Position numbers and translations under genes: made by a program. From a virus (taxonomy: Duplodnaviria; Caudoviricetes): a stretch of 64,000 nucleotides of DNA. This document shows positions 35,495 to 46,300 of the stretch, piece after piece. The DNA lies in IMG/VR virus record IMGVR_UViG_3300006204_000008, positions 14,924 to 78,923 of that record. One strand, written 5' to 3'. How positions within the stretch are numbered: the first letter of the stretch is position 1; every line of letters begins with the position of its first letter. The notes under the pieces were generated by a model. The model made no database searches. It saw only the letters and a program-made list of their open reading frames with translations, and was not told where the DNA came from.

Positions 35495-37351
35495 ATGGCC
35501 CATAGGACAGGGAAAGCCTATATCAACAACCTGGGATGGGTGAGCAAGAAGGCCACAGCAGACCGGGACTATCAGGGCTATGAGGACGCCGTGGGGGCGT
35601 TTGTGCTTTGGGTGTTCCGGTGGTACCCGGACAAGCTCTTGGACATCCTGCGAAGCCCGGAGGCAGATTATAAAAACGAAGAGCTGATCCAGCGGGTTAT
35701 GATGCGGGCTTATGCCAGAAAACAGCGGGTCAGTTTTACGGGCTGCCGGGGCCTGACCAAGACTTCCACCAAGTTCAAGTCCAAGCTCATTGACGGGTTG
35801 GTTTGGCCCGGAACACAATCCAGTTACTACGGACCGTCCTATAAACAGATGGCGGCGATTGCCTCCAAGACCTTCCACCAGATCGCTCATGATTACCCCG
35901 TTTTGGCGGGGATGTGGCGGGTGGCGGCGGAATCCAAGGACGATTTCAAGATCCAGACTGTGTTCGGCTCTACCTTTTCCATCGCCGCCATGCGCGGAGA
36001 CAATATCCATGATGTGACGGCGGAGGAGTATGCCCAGGAAGAGAACCCTGCCTTTGACTATCTGGAATATAAGCGGGTGGTGCTTCCGGCAGTGCGCCTG
36101 TGGCATAACGTCCTGGGCGCCCCGGATGAGAACTATATCGGCTACAAACGCCATGCCATCACCTCCGCCGGACGGAAGCAGAATCATGCTTATCAGACCC
36201 GGTGTCGGGTGGCGAAGGCTATGAATGAGGGCGAGAGTGCTTTTGCCATGGATATCTCCTGGGAGAGCGTAGTCCTGCAGCTCATGCGGCCTTTCGATTG
36301 GGCGGCGGACCTGAAAGAAGAACTGACCCCAGAGGAGTGGATGCGGGAGATGGAGAGCCGTTACACAGGAACCGATGAGTTCCCCATGCTCACGGAAGAA
36401 ACCCTGCTGGACAGCCAGAGAAACGCCGTGATGGAGCGGCAGCACTGCTGCAAGGAAGCGGAATGCAAGCTGCGGCCCGAGGATGTGATCTACATCGTGG
36501 GCTACGACGTGTCCTACGAGGACAGCGCCCGCAACGCCAAGTGTGCTCTGGTGGTGCTGAAACTCACCCGGTACAAGAACTATATGAAGCGCAACGTGTA
36601 CTGCAAGGAAGTGGTCTATGTGGATGACTGGCCCCCGCCGGACAATCAGATGGTGCAGGCGCGAAAGCTGAAGGACGTGTGGAATCGTTTCTGCTATGAG
36701 GGCAGCGAGACCTATATCGCCATTGACTGCTGGCAGTACGGCAAGGGCGTGGTGGAATGCTTGATGATGGACCTGGCCGACGGACTGCCGCCACTGTGTG
36801 TGTATGAGCACGCCATGTACCGGGACACGGAGCTTCCCGGATCTTTGCCGGTGATCTACCCCATCAAGGCCGGCGGTGCGGGGGTGACGGATCCGGACTT
36901 TGAGATGATCAAGTATGCCCAGACCCAGTTTGACAACCACAATGTATCCTTACTGTTGGGGAATCAGCGGGAGGGTGTAGAGGCATACAAGCGGTATCAC
37001 AACATCAAGACGGATATGCAGGACTGGTATATCGTCAAGCCATATCAGAAGTGCCGGGAGCTGGTGGGGCAGATCCAGAATCTGAAGCTCATGCCCTCTG
37101 GCGCTGGAATGAGTGAGAAGCGGATCAGTAAAAGTATCCAGCGTGACAGCTGGTCAGCTTTGAAGTATGCCCTGCGCTTTGCCCAGCGGTTAGAATGGCA
37201 GAATCTGCGGCAGAGGAACCGGAGCAGCGATTGGGACGAACTTCTGAGGCAGTACGAGGACAAGGCCCCTGGACGCTCTGATCTTCTCTCCTGGGGAGGA
37301 CGAGGGAAAGGGAGGCTGGCGACACAGAGGAAAGGAGGCAGATTATTTTGA
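35495..37351 (+). CDS. Terminase large subunit
   Basis: Walker A-like GCRGLTKTS, Walker B-like VTAEE, motif III ITSAG, RNase H-like YIVGYDVS, C-terminal D.WSALKY. Confidence 0.88.
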   Translation: MAHRTGKAYINNLGWVSKKATADRDYQGYEDAVGAFVLWVFRWYPDKLLDILRSPEADYKNEELIQRVMMRAYARKQRVSFTGCRGLTKTSTKFKSKLIDGLVWPGTQSSYYGPSYKQMAAIASKTFHQIAHDYPVLAGMWRVAAESKDDFKIQTVFGSTFSIAAMRGDNIHDVTAEEYAQEENPAFDYLEYKRVVLPAVRLWHNVLGAPDENYIGYKRHAITSAGRKQNHAYQTRCRVAKAMNEGESAFAMDISWESVVLQLMRPFDWAADLKEELTPEEWMREMESRYTGTDEFPMLTEETLLDSQRNAVMERQHCCKEAECKLRPEDVIYIVGYDVSYEDSARNAKCALVVLKLTRYKNYMKRNVYCKEVVYVDDWPPPDNQMVQARKLKDVWNRFCYEGSETYIAIDCWQYGKGVVECLMMDLADGLPPLCVYEHAMYRDTELPGSLPVIYPIKAGGAGVTDPDFEMIKYAQTQFDNHNVSLLLGNQREGVEAYKRYHNIKTDMQDWYIVKPYQKCRELVGQIQNLKLMPSGAGMSEKRISKSIQRDSWSALKYALRFAQRLEWQNLRQRNRSSDWDELLRQYEDKAPGRSDLLSWGGRGKGRLATQRKGGRLF

Positions 37352-37689
37352 GCAGCGCAAAGGAAAAAGTGTGGAAGGTCTGGGCTATGCCTTTCGGCGA
37401 AGATACGTCCCGGGAGGCCCAATCCTTTCCCTGCTGCCGGATCACGAAAGACTATATTCTGGTCTACAGCCCGCAGCCGCCCGAGGGAGCGGCGGTGGAG
37501 GTTGGAGCGGAAGAACTGTACCGGCTGACCGGGCAGGACAATGACTGGCTCCTGGGGGCACTCCTGGAGCAGCTGGGACGCAGGATGAAGGAAGAGGAAA
37601 AAGAAATCCAGTCCCGCCTGCGGGAGAAGGTGGAACAGCTGGCTGCTGAGCTGCAGAAGGAAGCAGAGAAAGAAGGGCTGCCCTTATGA
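37348..37689 (+). CDS. Hypothetical protein
   Basis: 4-nt overlaps at both ends. Confidence 0.7.
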   Translation: MSSAKEKVWKVWAMPFGEDTSREAQSFPCCRITKDYILVYSPQPPEGAAVEVGAEELYRLTGQDNDWLLGALLEQLGRRMKEEEKEIQSRLREKVEQLAAELQKEAEKEGLPL

Positions 37690-39467
37690 GAGAAGCACGG
37701 AATCTGACGGAAGATTTACAGCAGGCGGCATTCGGCTCCTACCAGGAAATCTTTGATACGTTCCGCACTTTGTCACAGAAGTATGGGAACCTGTCGCAGG
37801 ACGGCATGATCGCCGCCTTTACGCGGGTGAGCGGGCAGGGGGCTTTCCTCAATAACCCCTACATACAGAACCGGCGGGTGAAAGGTATTTCCTCTCTTCC
37901 GGCGGACTTCACCAAGGACCAGGTGGGGGAGATGCTGCGAAGCGCGGAGAGCAACGAGCAGCCCCTGCGGCAGGTGGAGCATGGGTTGGAGTATACGGCT
38001 TATCCGCTGCTCCACATGAGAAAGGTCTACCAGGACCTCCTGACCTATCACAACTGCTTTACGCCGGCTTTTGTAGACAGGGAGGACGTGAAGAAGGATT
38101 CCTTCTGGCGGGAATGGCGGCTGCTGGAAAAGATGAGACGGGAACTGAACCCAGGACGATGGGCCCATCAGATCGCCGGTCAGGCCATGCAGGAGGGGAA
38201 GGTGTTCTATGTTCCCCGGGTGGAGGTGGACAAGAGCCACAATGAAGTCTGCCACGCCTTTCTGCAGCAGCTGCCGTCGGACTGGACCAAAATCGTGGGG
38301 TTCAACAATAAGTCGAAGTATACGGTGTCGTTCAATCTCTTCTACTTCCTGCAGCCGGGGACGAACCCGCTCCAATTCGGGGACCTGTTCCTGCCTTACC
38401 TGGACCCGTTCTTTTCCCTCCTGCCGCCAAAGCCCCCGAAAGGGACGGGCAGGACGGTTCTGTACGCATCCAAGAATGCCTTGGACCTGACACGGTTTGA
38501 GGCCATGCAGAAAGCGGGGACGCTGGGAGGAGAAGTGGATGCCTATTATCAAAACGGGCGTTGGTTCTATTGGGTGACCCTCCCCGTGGAGAAAGTCTTT
38601 CCCTTTGAGATAGACGATGCCAACCGGGCAGTGGTATCCCCGTGGACGGGCCTGTTTTTGAGCCTGATCCAGCTGGCCCAGTATGAGCAGGTGCAGCTGG
38701 AGCTGGTGCAGAACCCGCTGATTTCCCTGCTGACGGGGGAAATCCCTTATTATGATTCCCAGTCCTCCAAACTGGAGGATACCTACCGGCTGTCCAGGAC
38801 GGGCCAGAAGATGTTTGAAAGTTTCTGGTACCAGATGTTGGAGCAGAGCAACACCAGCGGGATCGGCCTTTACATGGCTCCCCTGGCAAATATGAAGCTC
38901 CACACGCTGTCGGAAGCCCCTGGCGCCACGGAGATCAGTTCCAATGGCTACGCTTACACCATGGCGAAGGCAGGGCTGGCGGGCATCATCCCCACGAAGG
39001 AGGATCCGAAGGCCGGACTAGCGCAGATATCATTCAAGATCGAGAGCCGCTTTGCACAGCAGATTTATGGCGATTTTGAGCGGATGGTAAACTGCATCGT
39101 GAAGGGCCTGCATCTGAACTACCGATGGACTTTCCGTATGTTTGGAGATCTGGCGACAGACCCGGAGTTGGAGGAGGGCGCCCGAAAAGGTATGACTTTG
39201 GGCATCCTGCCAGACACCATTTTGTACAACGCCCTGCACGACCGCAGCATATTGGATGATATGTCGGTATCCTTCGCGGTGGCGGAAAGTGGTATCATGG
39301 ACGCACGGCTTCCCTTGGTGACCAGCTACAGCGCCAAGAATCCGGACAGCGGTCTGCCGCCGGAGGTAAAGCACGAGCTGAACCCTGGGGGACGCCCGGA
39401 CAGCGGAGGGAAGGCTACGTCGGAAGGCCAGGAGCAGGACATTGACCAGGGAGGAGGCACGGTGTGA
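37686..39467 (+). CDS. Portal protein
   Basis: 593 aa downstream of TerL; C-terminal PGGRP motif typical of portals. Confidence 0.75.
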   Translation: MREARNLTEDLQQAAFGSYQEIFDTFRTLSQKYGNLSQDGMIAAFTRVSGQGAFLNNPYIQNRRVKGISSLPADFTKDQVGEMLRSAESNEQPLRQVEHGLEYTAYPLLHMRKVYQDLLTYHNCFTPAFVDREDVKKDSFWREWRLLEKMRRELNPGRWAHQIAGQAMQEGKVFYVPRVEVDKSHNEVCHAFLQQLPSDWTKIVGFNNKSKYTVSFNLFYFLQPGTNPLQFGDLFLPYLDPFFSLLPPKPPKGTGRTVLYASKNALDLTRFEAMQKAGTLGGEVDAYYQNGRWFYWVTLPVEKVFPFEIDDANRAVVSPWTGLFLSLIQLAQYEQVQLELVQNPLISLLTGEIPYYDSQSSKLEDTYRLSRTGQKMFESFWYQMLEQSNTSGIGLYMAPLANMKLHTLSEAPGATEISSNGYAYTMAKAGLAGIIPTKEDPKAGLAQISFKIESRFAQQIYGDFERMVNCIVKGLHLNYRWTFRMFGDLATDPELEEGARKGMTLGILPDTILYNALHDRSILDDMSVSFAVAESGIMDARLPLVTSYSAKNPDSGLPPEVKHELNPGGRPDSGGKATSEGQEQDIDQGGGTV

Positions 39468-39468
39468 G

Positions 39469-39654
39469 ATGGGGAAAGTGAGAGTAAGTGCGGCGGACCT
39501 GCGGTGCATCAACGACGCCCTGGAATCCGGGTGTGATGTGCGCATCCAGAATGTAAAAGGCGGCTACCGCATCATTGCGGAGCGGCCCAAGGTATTGAAG
39601 CGAGAACCGGACCGGGAAAACAGAACGGAGGAAAATACATGGCAAAGTGTATAA
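39469..39654 (+). CDS. Small hypothetical protein
   Basis: MGKVRVSAADL...; coupled to portal stop. Confidence 0.65.
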   Translation: MGKVRVSAADLRCINDALESGCDVRIQNVKGGYRIIAERPKVLKREPDRENRTEENTWQSV

Positions 39655-39730
39655 ATACCACTATTTACCAGTGGGGGGGGGGCGATCTAGCCTCCTGACT
39701 GGCAGAATGCCCAAAAGGGGGTGCGTCTGA
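39639..39730 (+). promoter_or_regulatory. Poly-G leader uORF switch C (G10, predicted OFF)
   Basis: SD GGAGG+ATG 39639; G10 39673-82; TGA 39696-98; G9 gives TAG; G8/G11 reads to TGA 39728-30 overlapping ATG 39730. Confidence 0.8.
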
Positions 39731-40221
39731 TGGCATACGTTGCCCCCAACTGGAAGAATGGCGCGGCCCCAGCGCTGGACGCTGCCGCCTTGCAGGCAAT
39801 CAGCGATGCCATTGTGGAGAACCAAGGAGATATTGCCTCACTCAAAACAGCAGTGGCAGAGAAAGCAGATGTGGTAATCGGGTCCTATGTTGGCACGGGT
39901 GGCTATGGAAGTTCGCGCCCGTCTTCGCTCACATTCCCTAGTCCAGTCGAGTTTCTTTGGATATATGCTATTCGTTATGGAGATGGCAGCATAGGCTCTA
40001 CGCTTTATCGAGGGATGACTACCCTTCCCACCCTCACATTGTTGATGAATACTTGGCGCACGACACGCGGTTTTGATCTTATTAACCACAGTTTGACTTC
40101 TGCCGCTGCAGCAAGGCGCACCAACTCTGGAAAAACTGTAGAGTGGTACAATAGTAATTCGGATAGTTCACAAGGTAGTATCAGTGGCTATACTTACTAT
40201 TATTTGGCTGTATTGCAATAG
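39730..40221 (+). CDS. Adhesin/receptor-binding-like paralogue C
   Basis: Same N-terminus; GSYVGTGGYG..LTFPSP...WYNS...Q.S..GYTYYYLAVLQ. Confidence 0.75.
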   Translation: MAYVAPNWKNGAAPALDAAALQAISDAIVENQGDIASLKTAVAEKADVVIGSYVGTGGYGSSRPSSLTFPSPVEFLWIYAIRYGDGSIGSTLYRGMTTLPTLTLLMNTWRTTRGFDLINHSLTSAAAARRTNSGKTVEWYNSNSDSSQGSISGYTYYYLAVLQ

Positions 40222-40266
40222 GTCAGTGCAGAGAGCAATTCTCTAAATAAGTAGAAGGAGCATAAA

Positions 40267-40602
40267 ATGAAACTAATCGAAATCGCCGCTCTGGAAAACG
40301 GGGCGCATAGAAACCAGGAAATCTATGGGGTTGAAGATATGGAAATACCCAAGGGATACGCCGTCATCCCAGAGGATATGGAGATACCGGAAACCTTTCC
40401 GTTTGTGAACGTCAAGGCTGAGCCCGTGACACGCACGATGGATGTCGGCAGGGACGAAGAGGGCAACCCTGTTCAGGACACCTTCGAGCGCATGGAGGTA
40501 GTGGAACTCACCCCAGGCGAAGTTCCACCCCCGGAGCCAGAGCCTCCCAGAGAGCCCACCGACAGCGAGATTTTAAGCGCCATGCTTGGTCTGGCGCAGT
40601 AA
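40267..40602 (+). CDS. Tail-fibre-associated small protein
   Basis: MKLIEIAALENGAHRNQ pattern recurring next to Clostridia phage fibre genes; Pro-rich end. Confidence 0.65.
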   Translation: MKLIEIAALENGAHRNQEIYGVEDMEIPKGYAVIPEDMEIPETFPFVNVKAEPVTRTMDVGRDEEGNPVQDTFERMEVVELTPGEVPPPEPEPPREPTDSEILSAMLGLAQ

Positions 40603-40617
40603 GAGGAGGGAAACGAA

Positions 40618-41046
40618 ATGGACAAGCTGCAAGCAGCCGAACAGTTCCGCCGCACCTTACAGCTCTTTGCGGCAAGCTTGGGCGAGGATCAGGCCAGGGA
40701 AGTGGCAACCATCTACCCCCACTATGCGCCTGGGACTGTCTACACCAAGGGCCAGTACATCATTGCGGGGGAGGACGGCAACGGGGACCCGCTGCTTTAT
40801 CGTGTTGAGCAGGACCACAGCAGTCAGGAGGATTGGCCCCCAAAGAGTACGCCGTCCCTCTATACCTGCCTCAGTCTGACGGAAGAAGGATATCCCATTT
40901 GGAGTCCGCCCAGCGGGGCGCAGGACGCTTATAACATGGGTGATATCGTTTCCTGCGACGGGAAGCTTTGGAAGTCGGAAATCGACGGGAACACGACGCA
41001 ACCCGGGAGTGACGGGCGGTGGTGGAGTGTTTATCATGAGGAATGA
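40618..41046 (+). CDS. CBM5/12-like (chitin-binding-type) domain protein
   Basis: LYRVEQDHSSQEDWPP...W..P.GAQDAYNMGDIV..DGKLWKS..DGN...PG...W. Confidence 0.7.
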   Translation: MDKLQAAEQFRRTLQLFAASLGEDQAREVATIYPHYAPGTVYTKGQYIIAGEDGNGDPLLYRVEQDHSSQEDWPPKSTPSLYTCLSLTEEGYPIWSPPSGAQDAYNMGDIVSCDGKLWKSEIDGNTTQPGSDGRWWSVYHEE

Positions 41047-41068
41047 GAACACACCCCACTGACATTGT

Positions 41069-41096
41069 TTGACATTCCCCAAGTTTATGGTATAAT
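41069..41096 (+). promoter_or_regulatory. SigA promoter of tail-tip operon
   Basis: TTGACA(41069-74)-16 bp-TG.TATAAT(41091-96). Confidence 0.8.
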
Positions 41097-41113
41097 CAGC
41101 TTAATATGAAATT

Positions 41114-41192
41114 CCTCGTCGCAAGCAGGCGGCGGGAAGAGCCAAGCTGGGCTGTTTTCTCCTGAACAAGGGGAAGGCAGCCCAGCTTTTTT
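41114..41192 (+). promoter_or_regulatory. Conserved late-leader hairpin plus long terminator, copy 3
   Basis: CCTCGTCGC-AAGCAG-GCGGCGGG-AAGAGCCAAG then AAGCTGGGCTG/CAGCCCAGCTT stem and T run. Confidence 0.8.
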
Positions 41193-41214
41193 CAAAGGGA
41201 GAGGAGGTCAGACG

Positions 41215-43302
41215 GTGCTTTTCCAACCCACGAACATCACCCCATCCCTGCGGGGAGAGCTGGGAAACGGGACGGTGGACGCTACCAAGGATTTGACAGT
41301 TTCCTGGCAGGTCAACGGCAATTCACCGCTGACGGCCTTCCAGATCGTGATCTATCAAAACAACACCTCCAGCACCCAGGTATACACCACGGGAAAGAAA
41401 ACGGACAACTGTCCGTTCTACGGAACCAACTACGCCGGGGCTGTGGAGACTTTTTCGTATACCATCCCCAAGGCGGCGCTTTCCGGCGCAGGCATCACAA
41501 ATGGGAAGGAATATAAGTTGGTCATCACCCAGTGGTGGAGCAGTTCGGAGAGCGTGGTACAGACCAGCGCGGCGGCGTTTCTCACCCGGGCGGCGCCATC
41601 CTTGGCTTTGAAGAGTTTCCCGCCGGTCCTGGCAGTACGCTTGTATACCTTTGAGGCCAACTACACCCAGGCCCAGGGTGATGTCCTGAACTGGGTGCGC
41701 TGGCAGATCGCCCTGCAGTCTGACGTGGGCAATCCCCTTTACGACAGCCACAACATTTACGGGACCGCAGAGCTGAAGGTCTCTTATGACGGCTTTTTCT
41801 CCGGCGGGGCCTATGCAGTGCGCTGCCGGGTTCAGACGGTGAACGGTGTGGAGGCGGATACGGGCTGGGTGAGTTTCCGGGTGAACTACGCATCCTCCAT
41901 GCTGGAGGGCGTTGTGACAGCCCGCTGCGCTTCCGGGCAGAAGAGCGCAGTGCGGGTGGAATGGCCCGCCATCTCCTACACACCGGGGAGCGGCACGGGG
42001 AGCTGGAGCGTGAGCGAGGGGATCTTGAATCTGTCCCCCGGGTCCTCCGTTACTTGGGATACCACCAACGGGAAGGGTTTGGTATTCCCGGCCCCGTGGT
42101 CCATTCTCTATAAAACGGCCCTGGGGGGTGTGAGCGCAGCCCTTATCACCATGACTACCGGTGGCGGAACGCTGGCAGTGAGCTATAACGCGGCCAACCT
42201 GACCCTGAGCATCACTCTGGGGGGAACGACGCTGGCGGCGTGGTCCGGGCTGACAGCCAACGCCCAGCTCAACATGGTATTGACCCCGACGGCCCTCTAC
42301 CTTTATAAGCTGGAGTATACCGGAGGGCTATATCCTTCGGCAACCCTGTTTCCTGGTCCCAACCTCTTCCCTATGGCGGACAACTTTCCCACTGTGGGGC
42401 AGCAGGCTTTTTCCCTGCGCTATACCCAGGGCAGTATCGCCAGCGTCACCTTGGGGGCAGTACAGAGCTGCGATTTTATCGAGATCATCCAGAGGGAACC
42501 GTCCAGCGCGGCCATTCAGGCGCTGTACAACGGACGGCCTTATACACCCGTTTACGATTCCAACACCTACCTGCTGGCGGACTTCTCCAACGGCCTGAAC
42601 GCCGGGAACCTGGGGAACAACAGCAGCGGAGAGCTGACGGGACTGGCCCTCTACCGCCGGAAGGGGAGCGGGGGCAATTTGAAGCATTTGGCAGATCTGC
42701 CGCTGACCACCGTGGGCGTCTATGACTACGGCGCGGCCAGTCAGCAGGGACCCTATGTCTACTACCTTTTCCCACTGGGTACTGACACTTATATTGCATC
42801 GCCTATTCAATCCGGGGAGATCGTTCCGTGCTTTTGGAACTGGTCTATCCTCTCCTGTGTGGATGGGACAAGGGAAGGGGAGTATCAGGTCCAGGCGGAG
42901 TACCGCTTTGGGAAGAACTTGGTCAGCGGGAGTATGAGCAACAACAACGCCCCAAACGTGATGAAGAATTTCACCCGTTATCCCACGATCCAGCCGGAGC
43001 CGAGCAATTATCTTTCCGGTACCCTGCAAAGCCTGATCGGCATCATCGACTACCGGGACGGGAACGGCTACAGCGACACCCTGGACTTGCGCGATGAAAT
43101 CTACGAGCTGTCCACCACGTCGAACACTCTCTTCTTGAAGAACCGGAAGGGGGATCTGTTTCCGATTCGCCTGAGCGACGCCACGTCCATGGAGACTATG
43201 GACGCCAGCCGGGAGCAGGCCCAGAGCGTGTCCCTGTCTTGGGCGCAGACCGGCAGCGGGGAGGGTGTGTCCCTGCTGGCCTATACCGATATTGATGCCT
43301 GA
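41215..43302 (+). CDS. Tail-tip/baseplate protein with FN3/Ig-like repeats
   Basis: 695 aa beta-rich; GTG behind GAGGAGG. Confidence 0.7.
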   Translation: MLFQPTNITPSLRGELGNGTVDATKDLTVSWQVNGNSPLTAFQIVIYQNNTSSTQVYTTGKKTDNCPFYGTNYAGAVETFSYTIPKAALSGAGITNGKEYKLVITQWWSSSESVVQTSAAAFLTRAAPSLALKSFPPVLAVRLYTFEANYTQAQGDVLNWVRWQIALQSDVGNPLYDSHNIYGTAELKVSYDGFFSGGAYAVRCRVQTVNGVEADTGWVSFRVNYASSMLEGVVTARCASGQKSAVRVEWPAISYTPGSGTGSWSVSEGILNLSPGSSVTWDTTNGKGLVFPAPWSILYKTALGGVSAALITMTTGGGTLAVSYNAANLTLSITLGGTTLAAWSGLTANAQLNMVLTPTALYLYKLEYTGGLYPSATLFPGPNLFPMADNFPTVGQQAFSLRYTQGSIASVTLGAVQSCDFIEIIQREPSSAAIQALYNGRPYTPVYDSNTYLLADFSNGLNAGNLGNNSSGELTGLALYRRKGSGGNLKHLADLPLTTVGVYDYGAASQQGPYVYYLFPLGTDTYIASPIQSGEIVPCFWNWSILSCVDGTREGEYQVQAEYRFGKNLVSGSMSNNNAPNVMKNFTRYPTIQPEPSNYLSGTLQSLIGIIDYRDGNGYSDTLDLRDEIYELSTTSNTLFLKNRKGDLFPIRLSDATSMETMDASREQAQSVSLSWAQTGSGEGVSLLAYTDIDA

Positions 43303-43357
43303 GTTTTAACCTGGTCGAAATCGACCCCTTTACTCAAAACAGAAGGAGGGAATCGCT

Positions 43358-46300
43358 GTGGCCTACTTCGCCGCCACCGGAAGCGAACAGAGCTTTACCA
43401 TGCCCAAAGCGGGGCGGTATTACATAGATGTGGCCGGCGCGGAAGGCGCTGTGGGCAACAGCTATTCCGGCAGCTATGGGTCTGTCCCCGGCAAGGGAGC
43501 CAGACTTCGCCTGCTGGTAGATCTGGCCGCAGGGGATGTTCTGACGGTCATCGTCGGCAAGCAGGGAAAGGGGACCAACGGGACCGCGAAGGATGGTGCT
43601 TCCGGCGGGTCCGGCGGCGGGACCTTCGTTTTCAAGCGGATTGCTTCCGTCACCAACGCCAACTATCAGTTCACCAAGAACGGGGTGAACTACGAGGTGT
43701 TGGCCGTAGCCGCCGGCGGCGGCGGGACCGGGGACCAGAGCTATAAATCAGCGGTGAGCAACGGGGCCAACGGCCTTGGCGCAGCATATAAGCATCCGGG
43801 AAACTATGTGGCCTGGTCCACCCAGACGGCAAGCCTGACCTCCTCTGTGAGCCTGTCCGCCCCGCTGAGTATTTCTCAGTATATCGCCAACGGAGCTGGG
43901 GGTGCTTACTATACCCGCGGTTCCTCCACAGGCACCGGAGGATTTGGCATGGGCGGAGCCACGGATGACAATCCCTCCTGCGGCGGCGGCTGGTCCGGCA
44001 ATAACACGGGGGTCTATTCCTGGGCCATCAACACCAGTGCCATAGGCGAGGACGGGGCCAACAGCGGGGATGGTTACGCGGAGATCACCGAGCTGAAAAC
44101 CATGCTGACCAACCTGATTCCCAACCCCAGCTTTGAGACGACGGCGGATTGGTCCGGGCTGACCCGTTCCACCACCTATGCAGATTTTGGGCAATATTCC
44201 TCCCGCCTGGGGAGCACGTCAGGCACCGGCACCTATATCAATACGGTCAAGCCCACCAAGCCCCCGGTGAAGGGGCACAAATACTATGGGCGGCACTATC
44301 TGCGCACCACCACCAATGTCACCACGGCGGATAACCGCTTTGAACTCTACGCCGGAGACGGTGCGGGGCTGAACTTCGTGTTTGGCAACAACGGCGGAAA
44401 TCACCCCCAGTGGGATATGGAGTCTAAGATCATCACGCTGACCACACTGGCCTCCGCCGCGTCCAACTACAGCATCCGCAACTTTACGGTCAACGCCTCC
44501 AATTATGTCTACTGCGACGGGCTGATGCTCATTGACCTGACTGCAGCCTTCGGGGCCGGGAACGAGCCCAGCAAGGAGTGGTGCGACCGGGTGATCCCCT
44601 TCTTCGAGGGGACCAGGGCGGTGACCGTGCGGGCCAAGGCCACCATTACCAGGCAGCCGGTGAGCGGGAGCTATATCATCAACACCGCCGCCTCGGCCCT
44701 GACGGTTGCCGCCACGGGACAGGGGACGCTTTCTTATCAGTGGCAGCGGTCCAGCAACGGCAGCAGCTGGACCAATATTTCTGGGGCGACGGGGACCGCC
44801 TACACCCCGCCGACAACGGCCCTTGGAACCATCTATTACCGCTGTGTGGTGACGGATACCCTGGGCGCCCCGGCCCTGTATCCCTCCACCGCACTTTATC
44901 CTGGAACCGTGCTGTACCCCATGGCGGAGGGTCTTTACGACACAGCGGCCACCAACAGCACGGCGGTGACGGTACTGGTTTACGGAGCGGTGGCCCCCAC
45001 TATCACCACCCAGCCTGTGAGCGCCACCTACGATAACAGCGAGACACCGGTTCCTCTGACTGTAGCGGCGTCGCCTCCAGCCAACGGGACCCTGGAATAC
45101 CAGTGGCAGAACAGCCCCAACGGAAATACCTGGACGAATATCTCTGGAGCTACAGGGACCAGCTATACACCGCCCACCAGCACCAACGGGTCCATTTCCT
45201 ACCGCTGCGTGGTGACGAACGTGGTTCAGTCTGACCGCAAGTCCACCAATTCCAACACGGCTACCATTACCATCCGAGGTGCCGTAGCACCTACGATCAG
45301 CGCACAGCCCCAGAGTTCGGCCTATGGACTGGAGGACACGCCGGCGCCTTTAAGCGTGACAGCGTCCACCACCCAGGGAACGCTGAGCTATCAGTGGTCG
45401 GTGTCTGGGGACGGGGGCATCACCTGGGCCAATATCGCCGGAGCCACGTCCAGTACCTACACCCCGCCCACGGACAGCACGGGGACGAAGCAATACCGGG
45501 TGACGGTGACCAGCACAGTGGGCATCTCTACCGCTTCTGTGGTTTCTGACCCGGCCAGCGTTACGGTTTACGCCGCAACAATACCGGTATTTACCAGGCA
45601 GCCCACCGGGGCCACCTATGACCATGGGGCAGAGGCCGCGCCTCTGACAGCGGCGGCAAGTGCGGAATGGGGCGCTGTTCTTTATCAGTGGGAACGGTCC
45701 GAGGATGCCGGCGCAAGCTGGAGCGAGATCCCGGGAGCCACGGCGGCTTCCTACATGCCCCCGACCACCCCGGGTGGGACGGTTTCCTACCGGCTCAAGG
45801 CCACCAATATCGTTGGCCCTACCTCCGAAAGCGCCTATTCCGACACTGCGGTCATTACCATCCTGTCGGCCTCCGCGCCTGTGTTTGCCGCGCCCCTGAG
45901 CGGGGCGGAATACGATCAGGGAGATCCGACGACCGCTCTGATCGGAACGGCCGCATCCCCGCATGGTACCGTGACTTATCAGTGGTACGGCAGGACGGGA
46001 AGTGGGGCTTTCTCCGCCCTCACAGGCCAGACTGCCGCAGCCTTTACGCCGCCCAGCGCGGCCCAGGGTGTGTATCAATACTACGTCGTTGCCACCAACA
46101 CCGTGGGGACTTCCACGGCCACGGCCCAAAGCAATACCGTCACCATCACGGTCTATGGGGCCACGGAGCCGATCTTTACGGTTCAGCCAGTGAGTGCGGA
46201 TTATATTGAAAACGACCCGGCAGCGGCTCTGACTGTTGCGGCCACCGTGGAGCGGGGAAGCCTTGCCTTCCAGTGGCAGTTGTCTCGGGGGACGGTCCGG

